Shown: positions 18,407 through 26,986 of the stretch, piece by piece
Layout: each line of letters begins with the position of its first letter
Position numbering within the stretch: the stretch's first letter is position 1
Virus record (IMG/VR): IMGVR_UViG_3300012942_000061
Coordinates: 1 to 49,731 of that record
Source: a virus
Taxonomy: Duplodnaviria > Caudoviricetes
Direction: 5' to 3' (one strand)
DNA length: 49,731 nucleotides
Translations under genes and position numbers: made by a program
Notes under the pieces: generated by a model
What the model was told of the DNA's origin: nothing
The model's input: only the letters and a program-made list of their open reading frames with translations
Database searches by the model: none

Positions 18407-20455
18407 TTAATAATTACCGCCAACCTGGGCCCACATCCTATCTCCTGAAGATGGGTTTATCACAGACTGAATAACGATATACTGTCCGGTATGGATAGTA
18501 GTCACAGAACTACTTGTAAGTCCTAAGATCGGCGCATTTATGAATGTCCCTGTTGCCCCGGAAGTGTTTACAATACGGATAATCCTGTCTGGGATTTCGT
18601 TCGGATTGACAAGTTTTATATCGCCACCGGAAGGGTTACCTCCTGGAACGATATATAATGTATAGGTGCCGTCACTTATATCAATGTAGGTGCTATTAAA
18701 TGCCTCTGTTTGTGCGGTTGCCGCAAATCCACCGCCCGTGTTAACACCTAAGCCGGTTGTTGGCTGTAGATACCCCTTATCATTTATCTTGCTCAATAAC
18801 TGTACACTATCATTTATCGGCCCTGCCAATGTGCTATTGTTTACTTTCAAAAAGCCCGTAGATGAATTAAATTCTGGTATTGTAGATATTTGTGGGATGA
18901 TAATTGACCACGTTTTATCTGTTGCATGATTTGCTGTCCAGGTCCGGGTGCTTGTTGTCCCATAAATAGATGTAGATAGAGTTAAAGTAGCATCGCTGAC
19001 GGTTGGAATATCGGAAATCGTAGCAATCACGCCGGAATGAGGTGGAAACTGTAAATTAGTTATACCTGTCACAGAATCCATTCCCAAAGTCGCTATTTGT
19101 GTGCCATTACTTAATTGCAGTGTATTACTACCAAAGAAATATTGAAAAGAATTGTCTGAACCATCAATATGGTATGTGAATCCGCCAGGATTGAACTGAT
19201 ATGAAGCTCCTGCATATAGTCCTATATTGAAATCGCCTTGGTCAAATTGCAGTGAGGATCCTGTGCCATATTGTGTAACAAAAAATCCATTAAGAGAATC
19301 AATCCTGAAACTTTTTTGATTACCGGACAAAATTCTATTGCCCGAAAGAGATAAGTCAGAATTACCAATGTTATCTCCTGTTGGCAATGTCACTGTACCT
19401 CCTCCACCTGAAAGGGATAAATTCTGTCCACTAAGCGACAAAACTTGTGCGGCAGGAATGGAAGATGAAGTGATGTAACCAGCATCGTTATTAAACCTAC
19501 TTATATTATCCCCATCTCCAAGTAGCTCTTTCCAGGGATACCATGTTTGAACAGTCCCCCCGGACCAAGACAGAGAATTTCTTATAAATGCCTTTGGCTT
19601 TTGGCTATATTCCTGCGCAAATTGCGTTACATAGTTGTGGTCACTTCTGTATATTTTTGTAAGAACATCCCCCCCAGAATCAGAGACAAAAGGAGTGTTT
19701 GGAGAAGAGGCCGCTACACGTACAATACTTGTGTTTAGGATTGCATTTAAATCTATGTTGCCTGCACTAACTACACCAGTATTTGAACCGTTATCTAATC
19801 TAAGTAAATTACCTTTATCAGCTGCATAAACAGGATCAGTTTCAGCTGTCAGGAAGCCCTGGCTTGCTACCCACTCTCTGCTGGTCATTGTCTGCCAATC
19901 TGACCATGATTGTGTTGAAAACACTTTCTGTCTAATCCAGAAAGTCGGATTAGCATTTGCATTTGCATAGTTGGTGTTTGAAGGGATCAATATTTGTGTA
20001 ATTGCACTTGAATTATTACTTGGGCTTAAAACAATTAATGTAGCCGCGCCTCCGGATGGATAATTAGGAGGAATACCGATTAAAGTAGTGGGGATTGAGT
20101 TTGGTATATAGTAGGTTCCTGCTTGAGTATATGCTCCCAAATCGTCCCCGTTTGCCAATTTTCCTTTAAATACCAACGCGGTATTCCACAGCGTTTGAGT
20201 TGATGGGTATTGAGTAGCAGATACGTTTCCTATTAAATCATTGGCGTTAGTAACTTTATTGCTCGTCCTCTCTAAATTTCCAGGCACGCCGCTAATATCA
20301 GTCCACTTGAGCGAATCTAATTTGTTCGTATCATTACGGGTAACAATTATCTGGCCGTTCAAGCCGGGTTCTAATTGTTTAGGTGAAATCTTCATGCTCT
20401 GCCCGAAAGAAAGTAGGGGCAGAAAGCTAATTGCCGCCAGTAGTATCCGTTTCAT
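18407..20455 (-). CDS. Tail-fibre/adhesin-like protein with pyocin-knob-like domains and an N-terminal signal peptide
   Basis: DL..YTQAGTYY...TQILIP...FWIR...WSDW, a second similar block (AFIR...WYPWKEL), ISRFNNDAGYIT and QVLSLSGQNLSLSGGG; signal MKRILLAAISFLPLLSFG-Q. Confidence 0.7.
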   Translation of the reverse strand: MKRILLAAISFLPLLSFGQSMKISPKQLEPGLNGQIIVTRNDTNKLDSLKWTDISGVPGNLERTSNKVTNANDLIGNVSATQYPSTQTLWNTALVFKGKLANGDDLGAYTQAGTYYIPNSIPTTLIGIPPNYPSGGAATLIVLSPSNNSSAITQILIPSNTNYANANANPTFWIRQKVFSTQSWSDWQTMTSREWVASQGFLTAETDPVYAADKGNLLRLDNGSNTGVVSAGNIDLNAILNTSIVRVAASSPNTPFVSDSGGDVLTKIYRSDHNYVTQFAQEYSQKPKAFIRNSLSWSGGTVQTWYPWKELLGDGDNISRFNNDAGYITSSSIPAAQVLSLSGQNLSLSGGGGTVTLPTGDNIGNSDLSLSGNRILSGNQKSFRIDSLNGFFVTQYGTGSSLQFDQGDFNIGLYAGASYQFNPGGFTYHIDGSDNSFQYFFGSNTLQLSNGTQIATLGMDSVTGITNLQFPPHSGVIATISDIPTVSDATLTLSTSIYGTTSTRTWTANHATDKTWSIIIPQISTIPEFNSSTGFLKVNNSTLAGPINDSVQLLSKINDKGYLQPTTGLGVNTGGGFAATAQTEAFNSTYIDISDGTYTLYIVPGGNPSGGDIKLVNPNEIPDRIIRIVNTSGATGTFINAPILGLTSSSVTTIHTGQYIVIQSVINPSSGDRMWAQVGGNY

Positions 20456-20753
20456 AAGTTGTCCAGGTATTTATTGTACTCGTTTGTTTGCCACATTTCA
20501 CGCACTGTCGGGAAACGATCTGCGTTTGTGTATGCGCCACACTATCCGTATGATTTGCGGTTGTAGTAAACCATTCATGATGACAGGTGTCGGAACCGAC
20601 ATAACCGTCCTCTGTCCGTGTCGTGAACGTGGTGTAAGTGCTATCGGTCTGAACTGGAATAGATGCAAATGCCACCCTTTCAGGCTGCACCATTAAGAAC
20701 GTGCAGGTAATGATACCGACCAGCAGTATAAACATTGTTGTAAGTCGTTTCAT
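20427..20753 (-). CDS. Small exported or membrane Thr-rich protein with C-x-H/CxxC
   Basis: Hydrophobic N-terminus; CHHEW...CVKC. Confidence 0.6.
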   Translation of the reverse strand: MKRLTTMFILLVGIITCTFLMVQPERVAFASIPVQTDSTYTTFTTRTEDGYVGSDTCHHEWFTTTANHTDSVAHTQTQIVSRQCVKCGKQTSTINTWTTYETDTTGGN

Positions 20754-20771
20754 CTCTTGATTATTTATTGG

Positions 20772-21821
20772 TTAGTAAACGTATTTGATGTCTATTTCAT
20801 CGCCAGCACTGACATTATAGGGTAAATTGGCGTTTGTAATGCTCAAAGTTGTGCCGCTCCATGTTACAGATGGCCAACGAGCCTTAACCCCATTAATCCA
20901 CACCATTGGAATGCGGCCAGCCTTAACCGTGTGTGGTAATGTGATTGACAACACACCTGCCGAAATATCGGCAGCAACAACGGTATGTGTTAAAGTATCT
21001 TCTGTACCGTAAACAGTAGTAGGGTCCACTGTGGCACTGATCGTTACATTGCCGCTACCCACTAAACGGCTGGTTAATGTACCGGACATCGTGACATTTG
21101 TACCGGCCACCAAATTGCCGGTTGTAACTCCAATTTTTCCAGTCCCAGAGTTATAAGTAATAGGTGCCGTGGCGGATATATCCGCCAGGCTGGCTTTACC
21201 GTTAAATGATAGCCAATCCGCAGAACTTAAATATCCCGGAGTTGTGCCATTAGCCTGATCTATCGTTAATGCAGGCGTTGTAGTAGGCGTTGTTACATGC
21301 AAAGGGGCCGTTGCGGAAACACTCGTAACAGTACCGCCAGGCAATGCCGTCCATGCGCCGGTACCCCCATCCACATAAGTACCTGCGGCTGGCGTGCCGG
21401 TTCCTAATCGTGCGTTAGGGAATACACCGGAGGTTATGATAGATGCTGGTAAATTAGGAATATCGCCCGGTACCAATGTTCTAAATGTTGGTACACCCGC
21501 AGCACCACTTGGAGCGGCAAACACCTGATTGGCTGTTTGGCTTTTAAACGACAGCGCTAATGTACCGGAACTCGTTACAGGACTACCGCCAATAGTAAAT
21601 ACACTTGTAGGCGCAGAAATACCTACTGACGTAACTGTCCCCTGTGGGATGGCAGGAATGCCCGAAATATCAGCCCATTTCAGCGAATCCCATTGGGCAA
21701 TGCCACTACGAACAATAATTAATTGCCCATTTGTACCTGGTTGGATTTGTTTAGGTTTAACCTGGGCAAAGGATCCAAACCCAACGGACATCATAATTGA
21801 TAAAAAGATTAGCTTTTTCAT
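20772..21821 (-). CDS. Fibre-like G/T/P-rich protein with signal peptide
   Basis: GTVTSV repeats, SGTLAL, PTFRTLV..DIP.L and GYLSSADW.SFNGK; signal MKKLIFLSIMMSVGFGSFA-Q. Confidence 0.7.
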   Translation of the reverse strand: MKKLIFLSIMMSVGFGSFAQVKPKQIQPGTNGQLIIVRSGIAQWDSLKWADISGIPAIPQGTVTSVGISAPTSVFTIGGSPVTSSGTLALSFKSQTANQVFAAPSGAAGVPTFRTLVPGDIPNLPASIITSGVFPNARLGTGTPAAGTYVDGGTGAWTALPGGTVTSVSATAPLHVTTPTTTPALTIDQANGTTPGYLSSADWLSFNGKASLADISATAPITYNSGTGKIGVTTGNLVAGTNVTMSGTLTSRLVGSGNVTISATVDPTTVYGTEDTLTHTVVAADISAGVLSITLPHTVKAGRIPMVWINGVKARWPSVTWSGTTLSITNANLPYNVSAGDEIDIKYVY

Positions 21822-21837
21822 TTTTCTTGTTGTTGGT

Positions 21838-22323
21838 TTAATAATATGAATATGATACTGTAATTACATCTGTATTATCAATAGGGTAAAATAATCCACT
21901 TTCAATCCTAAATTGATTATTTGTTGCGAATGACCAATATGTTTGAGGCAAAAGTTCTCCATTTACATAAACTTTCATGCTTATACCGATGGCATAATGA
22001 GATAACGTGTAAAAAGCCGTAGGAGTAATTGGCATTCCCTGAAAGTACTCTACTAAATGATGTTCAGCTTGAGCCGATTGTCCAACCTCAACCCATTGTC
22101 CTGCTTTCCTAAATTCCAAATTACCAGAAGTTGGGTTAATCCTTAAATCTCCATATCTACCATACCAAGAATTATCGTTTCTATGAGGGATAAAAAGAAC
22201 AGAATCAGCCTGAAATCCTCCTTTATTAATGGTCATTGTATGGTCATTTCCTTGCGGTACAACCGACTGCCCAAATGAAATAAAAGGGATAAAAACAAGC
22301 AGTATTAATAGTATCTTTTTCAC
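21838..22323 (-). CDS. Exported protein with a C-terminal beta domain (VYVNG...DVITVSY)
   Basis: Signal MKKILLILLVFIPFISFG-Q. Confidence 0.65.
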   Translation of the reverse strand: MKKILLILLVFIPFISFGQSVVPQGNDHTMTINKGGFQADSVLFIPHRNDNSWYGRYGDLRINPTSGNLEFRKAGQWVEVGQSAQAEHHLVEYFQGMPITPTAFYTLSHYAIGISMKVYVNGELLPQTYWSFATNNQFRIESGLFYPIDNTDVITVSYSYY

Positions 22324-22638
22324 GCCAAAAATATTGTTATACTTTGTCCATTAATAAGCTGAGTGCCGTCCGTAAAAGTAATAAAATTATTAGCCAAAAC
22401 CTTAGTAAATCCTGTATTTTTGGTATAATCATCAATAATAATCGCTCCAACTTCCCTATTTATCATAGAATTGTGAGTAATAGTAACTCCAGCTACGGAG
22501 GTTATCTTAATAACATTGGTAGCATAATCAGCAATCATATTTTCAACTTCTCTATGCTTCGCACTACGAATACGAGGCGAAGCATTATCGGGCAGATTGT
22601 CTAATATTTTTTGTGTTACTTCACTTAATGATGGCATG
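22320..22638 (-). CDS. Hypothetical virion-associated protein (approximate start near MPSLSEV)
   Basis: Track ORF 22320..22661. Confidence 0.55.
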
Positions 22639-22906
22639 GCATAATATTTAGGGAATACCAAGTGTCATTTATAATATTGTTGTCAGAATCCATGAATTTA
22701 ATGAGATACGAATAATTCTCATTAAATTCGTTAGGTATGACAATTTTATCCGTTTCTACGACTTCAATTTCTCGTTTAATTAAAACCCCATTGAATTTAG
22801 CGAACATTGTATAAGTGCCAATATTTAAGTTTGGGATATTGATGATAATATCGCCACAACTGCAAAAGTCGCCCAAACATACTGTATCTAAATTACAAGC
22901 ATCCAT
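22625..22906 (-). CDS. Small Cys-rich structural-region protein
   Basis: MDACNLDTVCLGDFCSCG. Confidence 0.6.
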   Translation of the reverse strand: MDACNLDTVCLGDFCSCGDIIINIPNLNIGTYTMFAKFNGVLIKREIEVVETDKIVIPNEFNENYSYLIKFMDSDNNIINDTWYSLNIMPCHH

Positions 22907-23393
22907 TTTCGCAAGGGTTTTTTATTTCACAATTAGATGGAACAAACTGTCTAAAATTAGTAAATTCTATTTGAACAATTGTTTCATTTTTCAATCTTTG
23001 CAATGCTTGTTGAATTTTATCAATACCAATGCCTTTAAGTTGGTCAATAACAATAATTTCTCTATTCCAAGATGCGGAAGTTACATTAATATTTTTGTAA
23101 GTAAGCAATGTGCTTCTAATGTTACTTACAACTTGTTCGGGATTAGCATTGTCAACAACGGCGACTAAGGTCATTTTTTGTATATCTTGATACATTAAAG
23201 GGTTTTGTCCAACCTGATGATATTCGGCCCTATTAGCTCCCAAAATATAAAAGAAGTTTCCGTAATTATCATTAGGGAAAATTCTCAATAAATCACGTCC
23301 ATCACGGGCATAAACTCCATCTTGTATGAACGCATTATCAAACCCCTTTTGGAAATATTTATTATTGGCCAGTATGTGTTCCGCTAATGTCAT
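22893..23393 (-). CDS. Putative head-tail/tail-terminator protein
   Basis: Size and position downstream of the capsid genes. Confidence 0.45.
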   Translation of the reverse strand: MTLAEHILANNKYFQKGFDNAFIQDGVYARDGRDLLRIFPNDNYGNFFYILGANRAEYHQVGQNPLMYQDIQKMTLVAVVDNANPEQVVSNIRSTLLTYKNINVTSASWNREIIVIDQLKGIGIDKIQQALQRLKNETIVQIEFTNFRQFVPSNCEIKNPCENGCL

Positions 23394-23757
23394 AATTAAT
23401 CACAAAGATATTAAAAATAGTCGAAACACTACAAAAAGAAATGTACCAAATTATATTAGCCAAAATGTCTGACCATAAATGTCCTGTATGTAGCCAACAA
23501 TCGCCTAAAAATACAGCCATGAATAAGTAAGCCCAAAAGCCATAAAATGCCACAAAACGGCTAAAACATACCGAGCATCCACCCCAAGACTTATAACGGT
23601 ACTCATTCCAAAAACCAGTTTGCGTTCCCCAATGATGTAATTTGTCTTGCCAATGAAGCAGTTTGTCCAACCATTGTTCGGGTTGAATGGAAATGTAAAG
23701 GACTTTTGCAATTGCAGCAATGCTAATCCAAGCTATAAAAGTGTAAACTAAAAACAT
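23362..23757 (-). CDS. Membrane protein with CxxC (DUF1360-like)
   Basis: Three hydrophobic segments; WGGCSVCFSRFVAF. Confidence 0.6.
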   Translation of the reverse strand: MFLVYTFIAWISIAAIAKVLYISIQPEQWLDKLLHWQDKLHHWGTQTGFWNEYRYKSWGGCSVCFSRFVAFYGFWAYLFMAVFLGDCWLHTGHLWSDILANIIWYISFCSVSTIFNIFVINYDISGTHTGQ

Positions 23758-23759
23758 TT

Positions 23760-24296
23760 TTAAAAAATTAAAGGAGAATGGATGTTTGCATAATCAGTTA
23801 CTAAATTTTCGTATCTATTTATCTCGCCTACTGAACCTGAAAATATAGGTGCTCCATATTGCTTTTCAAGTTTAATCGACTTTATTGTTTCGTGAGATGA
23901 ATTGAATTTAAGAACAAATGAATTGGGGCTTTCTTTAAACGCAATCATAGATTTAATTAAATCTCCACTATATTTTAGGTTTGTAATATCCGTCCTGAAT
24001 CCTTGAATATCCCTCAATTCTTTATAACCTTGCTCTAAATACATGGTCTTTTGTCCGGGCTTTTTAGGTTGAAATGCAGACCTTTTTACGAAATCTTCTC
24101 TTTTAAAATTCCATGGCTTCGTTGAATAGGGTGCTAATGGACTTTCGTTGCTCATTTCTCCCCTTTCGGTTATCCTCAACTTAATGTCATTCAATAAAAA
24201 TCCTGAACCTAATGACACGGCTTCTAACATAACCTTTTCTCCCTCCGAAACAAAATCGGTAGAAAAGATTTTAGATATGTATTCATCAAATGTCAT
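23760..24296 (-). CDS. Putative neck/tail-completion (virion morphogenesis) protein
   Basis: LAPYS...YKELR..QG...NLKYSGDL. Confidence 0.55.
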   Translation of the reverse strand: MTFDEYISKIFSTDFVSEGEKVMLEAVSLGSGFLLNDIKLRITERGEMSNESPLAPYSTKPWNFKREDFVKRSAFQPKKPGQKTMYLEQGYKELRDIQGFRTDITNLKYSGDLIKSMIAFKESPNSFVLKFNSSHETIKSIKLEKQYGAPIFSGSVGEINRYENLVTDYANIHSPLIF

Positions 24297-24299
24297 TCA

Positions 24300-24595
24300 G
24301 TGAACTACCCCTTGCCTAAAGGCGAAGGGGCTTCTTGTTTCATAGACGAAGGTAATCATTCATCTCCACAAGCGTTAATTCCGACAATTCCTGCCGTATT
24401 TTTAAGGTTAATGAATACAAACTTTTTTACATTGGTTGCAGCCAAAAGAATCTCTTGCTCTTTTTTTGGATATAATCTATATTTATATGCCTTGTGTTTC
24501 ACGTTTACAAATAATAATTTAGAAAAACAAATATAAAATTCTAAAGCAATTCATCCCGCTACCCTAAAGGATAGGGGATTTCTTGCAATATTTTA
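24300..24595 (-). mobile_element. Miniature non-autonomous IS200/IS605 (TnpB) derivative, ~296 bp
   Basis: LE hairpin (ATCCCCTATCCTTTAGGGTAGCGGGATG), RE hairpin ending GGGGTAGTTCAC, and an internally deleted tnpB ORF at 24502-24356. The left boundary is approximate. Confidence 0.85.
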
Positions 24596-24596
24596 A

Positions 24597-25559
24597 TTAA
24601 ATATTCTGAACCCACTTACTACCCGTGCAAGTCAAGCATTGTCCATTATACGTTTTAAGCATCACTGGAAGCGCATTTACAAATGTATTCCAATTATCGG
24701 TGTATTCGTTGGCAACCTCAATTCTTAAATCCTTCAATCTGTCTGTATTGTAAACTGTCCAATTATTTAATCGGTCAGTAAACAACATTTCATCAATCAG
24801 CAACATACGAGCCTTTAACCAAACGATTTTACCTATATATTGCCGTGAAAGGTCGCAAAGGATATTGTCATAATCACAATAACAATTAAATTCAACACCT
24901 AACCCATATCCCTCTTTGGCAGAAACTTCATTATCCCCATTAAACCCCTTTGTATAGGCACATTCGTTTGGTTTAGCACCATTGCATCCCACTTGGCAAA
25001 TCAACTTAGAGGTATAAACATCAATATCGGCCAATACACGAATAAAGTTACCAACAAGAATATAATCAATATCAATAGTATTTACTTCTCCACCAACTAA
25101 GTCAATAGTGTATGTCGCTACTTGCCCACTATCATAAATTTTAATTTCAGCATCTACAACATCCACAACCGGATAAACGTGTAATTTAGTCAGTTTAAGC
25201 CTTTTTAGTCGCTCATTGCCCACCTTATAAAGAGAAAATCCCTTTTCTTTCCCATTCTCTAAATAAGTGTATTTTTTACTATCAAAGTTGGATGTTTCGT
25301 ATGATATATTTTGCGTTAATGATGGTATCATTTTGTTTGCAGCCATTAAGCCCAACATATCATTTTTGACATCAAGGATAGCTAAATTTAGCTTCTCTTG
25401 CGCCAATTTAGCACCAGTAATATATGTTTCGTTTGCCGTTGCCGATAGTGTCAACTTGCTTAGTTCCGGTGCTTGTGAAAGGTCATAACCTGAAAGTGAA
25501 GTAACAGGGTCTTCGCACCCAAAGTTTGAAGTAACGATATTATTAAGACATTCCGCCAT
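24597..25559 (-). CDS. Cys-rich structural-region protein (head completion-like; start MAECL)
   Basis: Immediately downstream of the capsid gene; own promoter at 25575-25582. Confidence 0.55.
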   Translation of the reverse strand: MAECLNNIVTSNFGCEDPVTSLSGYDLSQAPELSKLTLSATANETYITGAKLAQEKLNLAILDVKNDMLGLMAANKMIPSLTQNISYETSNFDSKKYTYLENGKEKGFSLYKVGNERLKRLKLTKLHVYPVVDVVDAEIKIYDSGQVATYTIDLVGGEVNTIDIDYILVGNFIRVLADIDVYTSKLICQVGCNGAKPNECAYTKGFNGDNEVSAKEGYGLGVEFNCYCDYDNILCDLSRQYIGKIVWLKARMLLIDEMLFTDRLNNWTVYNTDRLKDLRIEVANEYTDNWNTFVNALPVMLKTYNGQCLTCTGSKWVQNI

Positions 25560-25601
25560 GATAGATATTTTTGACAAAGTTACAAAAAAGTATCAATCTT
25601 T

Positions 25602-26923
25602 GTGAACTACCCCTAACCTAAAGGTGTAGGAGCTTCGGGTTTCATAGAGTGTGCCAACAATGCTGGTCTTATTTCCTCTCCACCCTTGTAATCGACCGTC
25701 CCAGCCGATATATTTCTTAAACCTTCTTTGAGAATATTTCTACTTGCATTGGCATCCCGATCCAACAAAGTATTGCAATTATTACAAGTCCATTCTCTAT
25801 CTGAAAGTTTTAAATTTTGATTTATCCATCCACAGTCTGCGCACGTTTTCGAACTGGGATAGAAACGATTAACTTTAATAAGTTCTTTTCCATACCAATC
25901 GCACTTATATTGAAGAAGTGTTACGAAATTTCCCCAACTTGCATCAGCAATATGTTTGGATAATTTGTGGTTTTTAATCATACCTTTCACATTCAAGTCT
26001 TCACACACAATCACATCGTATTCTGAAACTAATTGTTTTGAAACCTTGTGCAGGGTATCTAATCTACAACTTGCAATTTTCTCGTGAATCTTAGCAACTT
26101 TGAGTTTTTGTTTTTCAAACCCATTACTTCCTTTTTGTTTGCGAGATAGGTGCTGTTGCGCTTTCTTTAATTTTTTAGCATACTTTTTTGTGTATCTGTT
26201 ATTTTTAAATTTATGTCCATCAGAAGTTATTGCAAAATCTTTTAAACCCAAATCAACTCCAACCTGTTTATTTGTTTTAGGTAATTCTTCAATTTCTTGT
26301 TCCGTAAATATTGAAACATAATACTTACCAGTTGCTGTTTTGGAAATTGTCATTTTACCAATTTTGCCTTTAACTTCTCTGTGAAGTTTTACTTTAATAC
26401 CTTCTTTGAATTTAGATATGTATAGTAATCCGTTTGAAACACATCCATTTTGTGGGACGGTAAAGCTATTCTTATGTTTCCTTGACTTAAATTTAGGGAA
26501 TTGAGCGTTCCCTCTAAAGAAATTCAAAAATGCAGTATCTAAAGACCTTAATGCAAATTGTAAAGTTTGTGAATTTACTTCTTTCAACCATTCAGTCTCC
26601 GAATGCTTTTTAATTTCTGTTAGTGTTTTCGCTTGAGCATAATAGTTATCGGACTTTTTGTCCTTTTGATATTGCTCTTTCCTTTTGTTCAGAAAATGAT
26701 TATACACAAAACGAGTACATCCGAAATGTTTTGCAAGAAGAATCTCTTGCTCCGCTGTTGGATATATTCTGAATTTGTATGTTTTGTTTTTAATCATTTA
26801 TGCGAGGTTCTCATTTTTTGTAAAAATACAAAAAGTATTCCATATTACCAAATACCTAACAGAAAAGCTATATTAGTCTTGCATCCCACGAGCCTAAAGG
26901 CATCGGGGTTTTACGGCTTTTGA
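25602..26923 (-). mobile_element. IS1341-type (tnpB-only) IS200/IS605 element
   Basis: LE hairpin ACCCCGATGCCTTTAGGCTCGTGGGATG, RE ending GGGGTAGTTCAC at 25602, no tnpA. The left boundary is approximate. Confidence 0.88.
25613..26797 (-). CDS. tnpB: RNA-guided endonuclease TnpB
   Basis: YKFRIYPT, FGCTRFVYN, RuvC GVDLG / CEDL / DRDANA and Zn finger CADC...CNNC. Confidence 0.96.
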   Translation of the reverse strand: MIKNKTYKFRIYPTAEQEILLAKHFGCTRFVYNHFLNKRKEQYQKDKKSDNYYAQAKTLTEIKKHSETEWLKEVNSQTLQFALRSLDTAFLNFFRGNAQFPKFKSRKHKNSFTVPQNGCVSNGLLYISKFKEGIKVKLHREVKGKIGKMTISKTATGKYYVSIFTEQEIEELPKTNKQVGVDLGLKDFAITSDGHKFKNNRYTKKYAKKLKKAQQHLSRKQKGSNGFEKQKLKVAKIHEKIASCRLDTLHKVSKQLVSEYDVIVCEDLNVKGMIKNHKLSKHIADASWGNFVTLLQYKCDWYGKELIKVNRFYPSSKTCADCGWINQNLKLSDREWTCNNCNTLLDRDANASRNILKEGLRNISAGTVDYKGGEEIRPALLAHSMKPEAPTPLG

Positions 26924-26925
26924 AT

Positions 26926-26954
26926 AAAAAAACCTCCCATTAGACAATGGGAGG
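26926..26954 (-). terminator. Rho-independent terminator after the major capsid gene
   Basis: CCTCCCATT-GTCT-AATGGGAGG followed by a T7 run. Confidence 0.85.
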
Positions 26955-26986
26955 AAAACAAATAATCAAGATAACAAGCTATTTGA

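Noticed and set aside
18407-21821. Diversity-generating retroelement acting on the fibres
   Set aside because: No reverse transcriptase and no TR/VR pair differing at adenines was seen.
24300-24536. 78-aa + strand ORF from the track
   Set aside because: It is the antisense reading of the miniature TnpB element.
25613-26797. TnpB as a nuclease-dead TldR regulator or a Cas12 effector
   Set aside because: The RuvC D/E/D residues are intact, IS ends are present and there is no CRISPR array.
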